Below the pieces are notes generated by a model that worked only from the letters and a program-made list of their open reading frames with translations, was not told the origin of the DNA and searched no databases. From contig CAXXMV010000001.1 in NCBI GenBank assembly GCA_963662285.2, positions 160,001 to 224,000 on the forward strand: a stretch of 64,000 nucleotides of DNA, given 5' to 3'. The translations under genes were made by a program, and so were the position numbers. Each line of letters opens with the position of its first letter. The first letter of the stretch is position 1. Positions 62,261-64,000 of this stretch are shown here, piece by piece. The DNA is from a bacterium. GTDB lineage: Bacteria > Hinthialibacterota > Hinthialibacteria > Hinthialibacterales > Hinthialibacteraceae.

Positions 62261-63601
62261 TTGAAAATGACAATTCATATTCGACACGATGAAGAAAAAA
62301 TTATTTCTTCGCTTTTTTCGCATAATTCGCATGGTGAAGATGAGATTAACTTACCAAGCAAACCATCTTTATCACCCGATGCGATTCCAGGAGAACTGGG
62401 TGATTTCATCCATAGCGCCACATGTAATAGTGAAGCAAATCCGGCAGCTGTTCTTGCCACTTTTCTTGTGCGATTCAGCACTGAAATTGGAAATGGACCA
62501 CATATTTATGTTGGAGACGAACCACATTTCGCGCGTTTGTATGTGGCAATCGTTGGAACCAGTTCAAAAGCACGCAAAGGAACATCAATGGCTTCAGTTC
62601 GAAGCCTTTTTGAATTAAAGGATTGCACCCATTGCCAAATTACTCCCGGACCACTTAGCACGGGAGAAGGGCTTATTTACTCCGTACGCGATCCGATAAA
62701 CAAATGGATTCCTGGCGATTTAGCCGATGAAGGCAGATTTGAAATGATTGATCCCGGTATCGAAGATAAAAGAATCTTCGTTATTGAAGAAGAATTCGCA
62801 GCCTCTCTTGCGAACGCACAAAAAAAACAAAATACGCTAAGCCCTATTTTAAGATTACTTTGGGATAGTGGCTCATGCTCACCAATAACAAAAACCAACA
62901 AAATTTCAACAACCAATGCGCATGTTGGGATTGTTAGTCACATCACTACAACGGAATTGCACTCACGGCTTGGAAATACCGATATACACAATGGTTTTGC
63001 GAACCGGTTCATTTGGATTCTTTCATATAGAAATAAAAAAGTTTCGTTTCCCCGCTCCATCCCGGAAGATGACATGAACCGCTACAAACAGTGGTTATTT
63101 GAAACACTGAAAATCGCCCAATCAAAACAGAAAATTGAATTTAGTGAAGACGCAATCCAATTATGGGATGAGATCTATGAACAAATATCTGATGAAAAAC
63201 CGGGGATCATTGGCTCCATTTGCAATCGGGCCGAAGCTCAACTGATCCGCCTTTCTTTGATCTATGCATTAATTGACCGCAAATCAATTATTGAGCCAAA
63301 CCACATTAAATCTGCATTGGCATTTTGGAAATACGCTGAAGAATCCGTCAAATATATATTTGCCTATAAATCACAAAATTCGCTCTCTAATCGAATCATG
63401 GACTAGATGAAAGAAAAAAGAGAATCCTCGTTAACCGATATTCACGCACTTTTCCAAAGACACGAAAAAGCGGAACACATCAATCTTACAATCCAAGAAC
63501 TCGAATCAAGCGGATTTATTGAAATCGTTAAAGAACAAACCAATGGAAGGCCTAAAACCATTTTTAAATTAAGCGAAAAATGCGAAGAAAGAGATAATTG
63601 A
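62261..63601 (+). pseudogene. DUF3987/YfjI-like P-loop replication protein with C-terminal wHTH, split by an in-frame TAG
   Basis: IVGTSSKARKGT, STGEGL, VIEEEF, GFANRF; TAG at 63404-63406 is followed in the same frame by LTDIHALFQRH...GRPK. Confidence 0.75.
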
Positions 63602-64000
63602 GAACAAGTATTTTTTTCTATATGGTAATTTATGATTTATCAGCGGGTACTTCGAAATATCAAGCATTTGTAGCAGAAAACCCGTATGATGATATATTGA
63701 TAAATCCACATCGCTTGCGATTATTTTCCAAATCTGGCTTATTTTATTACTCATTGGTCTGTGTTGTGAAGGGAACTCAGCCTTGGAGTAAAAAGATAAT
63801 GTTTGAATAAAAACAAATTAGTGATGAAACATTTTGGGCCGATAATTCCTTTCTACAAGAATATTAAACCTGATTCAAATTGAACAACAACCCGTTTTCA
63901 ACAGGATTCAGTGGACTGACCATACAAAATGAGCCGAAATTGATCTTTTCTATGGCTTGGTAAATAATAACGCTTTCACTCGGATGAGGCGAATCAGGTG

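Larger units (their letters stand above)
45611..64000. mobile_element. Integrative element (island A), right end outside the window
   Basis: att fragment, integrase, excisionase, ATPase-nuclease, DUF3987-like gene and many small ORFs; no capsid, terminase or VirB scaffold genes recognised. Confidence 0.8.

Noticed and set aside
45611-64000. Prophage
   Set aside because: No terminase, portal, capsid, tail or lysis genes recognised in the window

Overview
Bacterial chromosomal window in two parts. The left part (1-13.4 kb) is sugar-catabolism housekeeping: a dockerin/IPT secreted protein missed by the ORF track, a GH5, a glycerol-1-phosphate dehydrogenase-like enzyme, Tat-type Gfo/Idh/MocA oxidoreductases, an SSS symporter and a PmoA-like protein. 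The rest is about 50 kb of accessory DNA that reads as a tandem array of islands integrated at a tRNA-Gly(CCC) gene. Two identical 43-bp tRNA 3'-half fragments lie at 23091-23133 and 45569-45611; the intact tRNA is not in the window. Island C (left of 23.1 kb) carries a truncated HerA/VirB4-like ATPase-nuclease and an integrase-less array of attC-bounded, defence-like cassettes (HNH-nucleosidase-EAD7-like, SIR2, TIR). Island B (23.1-45.6 kb) has no integrase and carries an arabinoxylan-degradation cluster (GH43-GH43, GH62, GH43-ricin, GH95, tandem CE1-malectin, GH10, CE6 pseudogene, GH127-like fragment) with IS66 and IS4 insertions. Island A (45.6 kb to the end) has a tyrosine integrase and excisionase, a GrpE/Hsp70/J-like-PEGA/TPR-lipoprotein module with the Hsp70 split by an IS, an intact ATPase-wHTH-PD(D/E)xK gene, hairpin-preceded small genes and a DUF3987-like replication gene. 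The most unusual non-coding signal is that each att junction is flanked on both sides by palindromic mimics of the tRNA anticodon stem (CAGC-N7-GCTGA, one with N5) carrying non-cognate spacers; the left-hand mimic sits exactly 198 bp before the att fragment in both cases. All family calls come from motif recognition by eye, not database searches.
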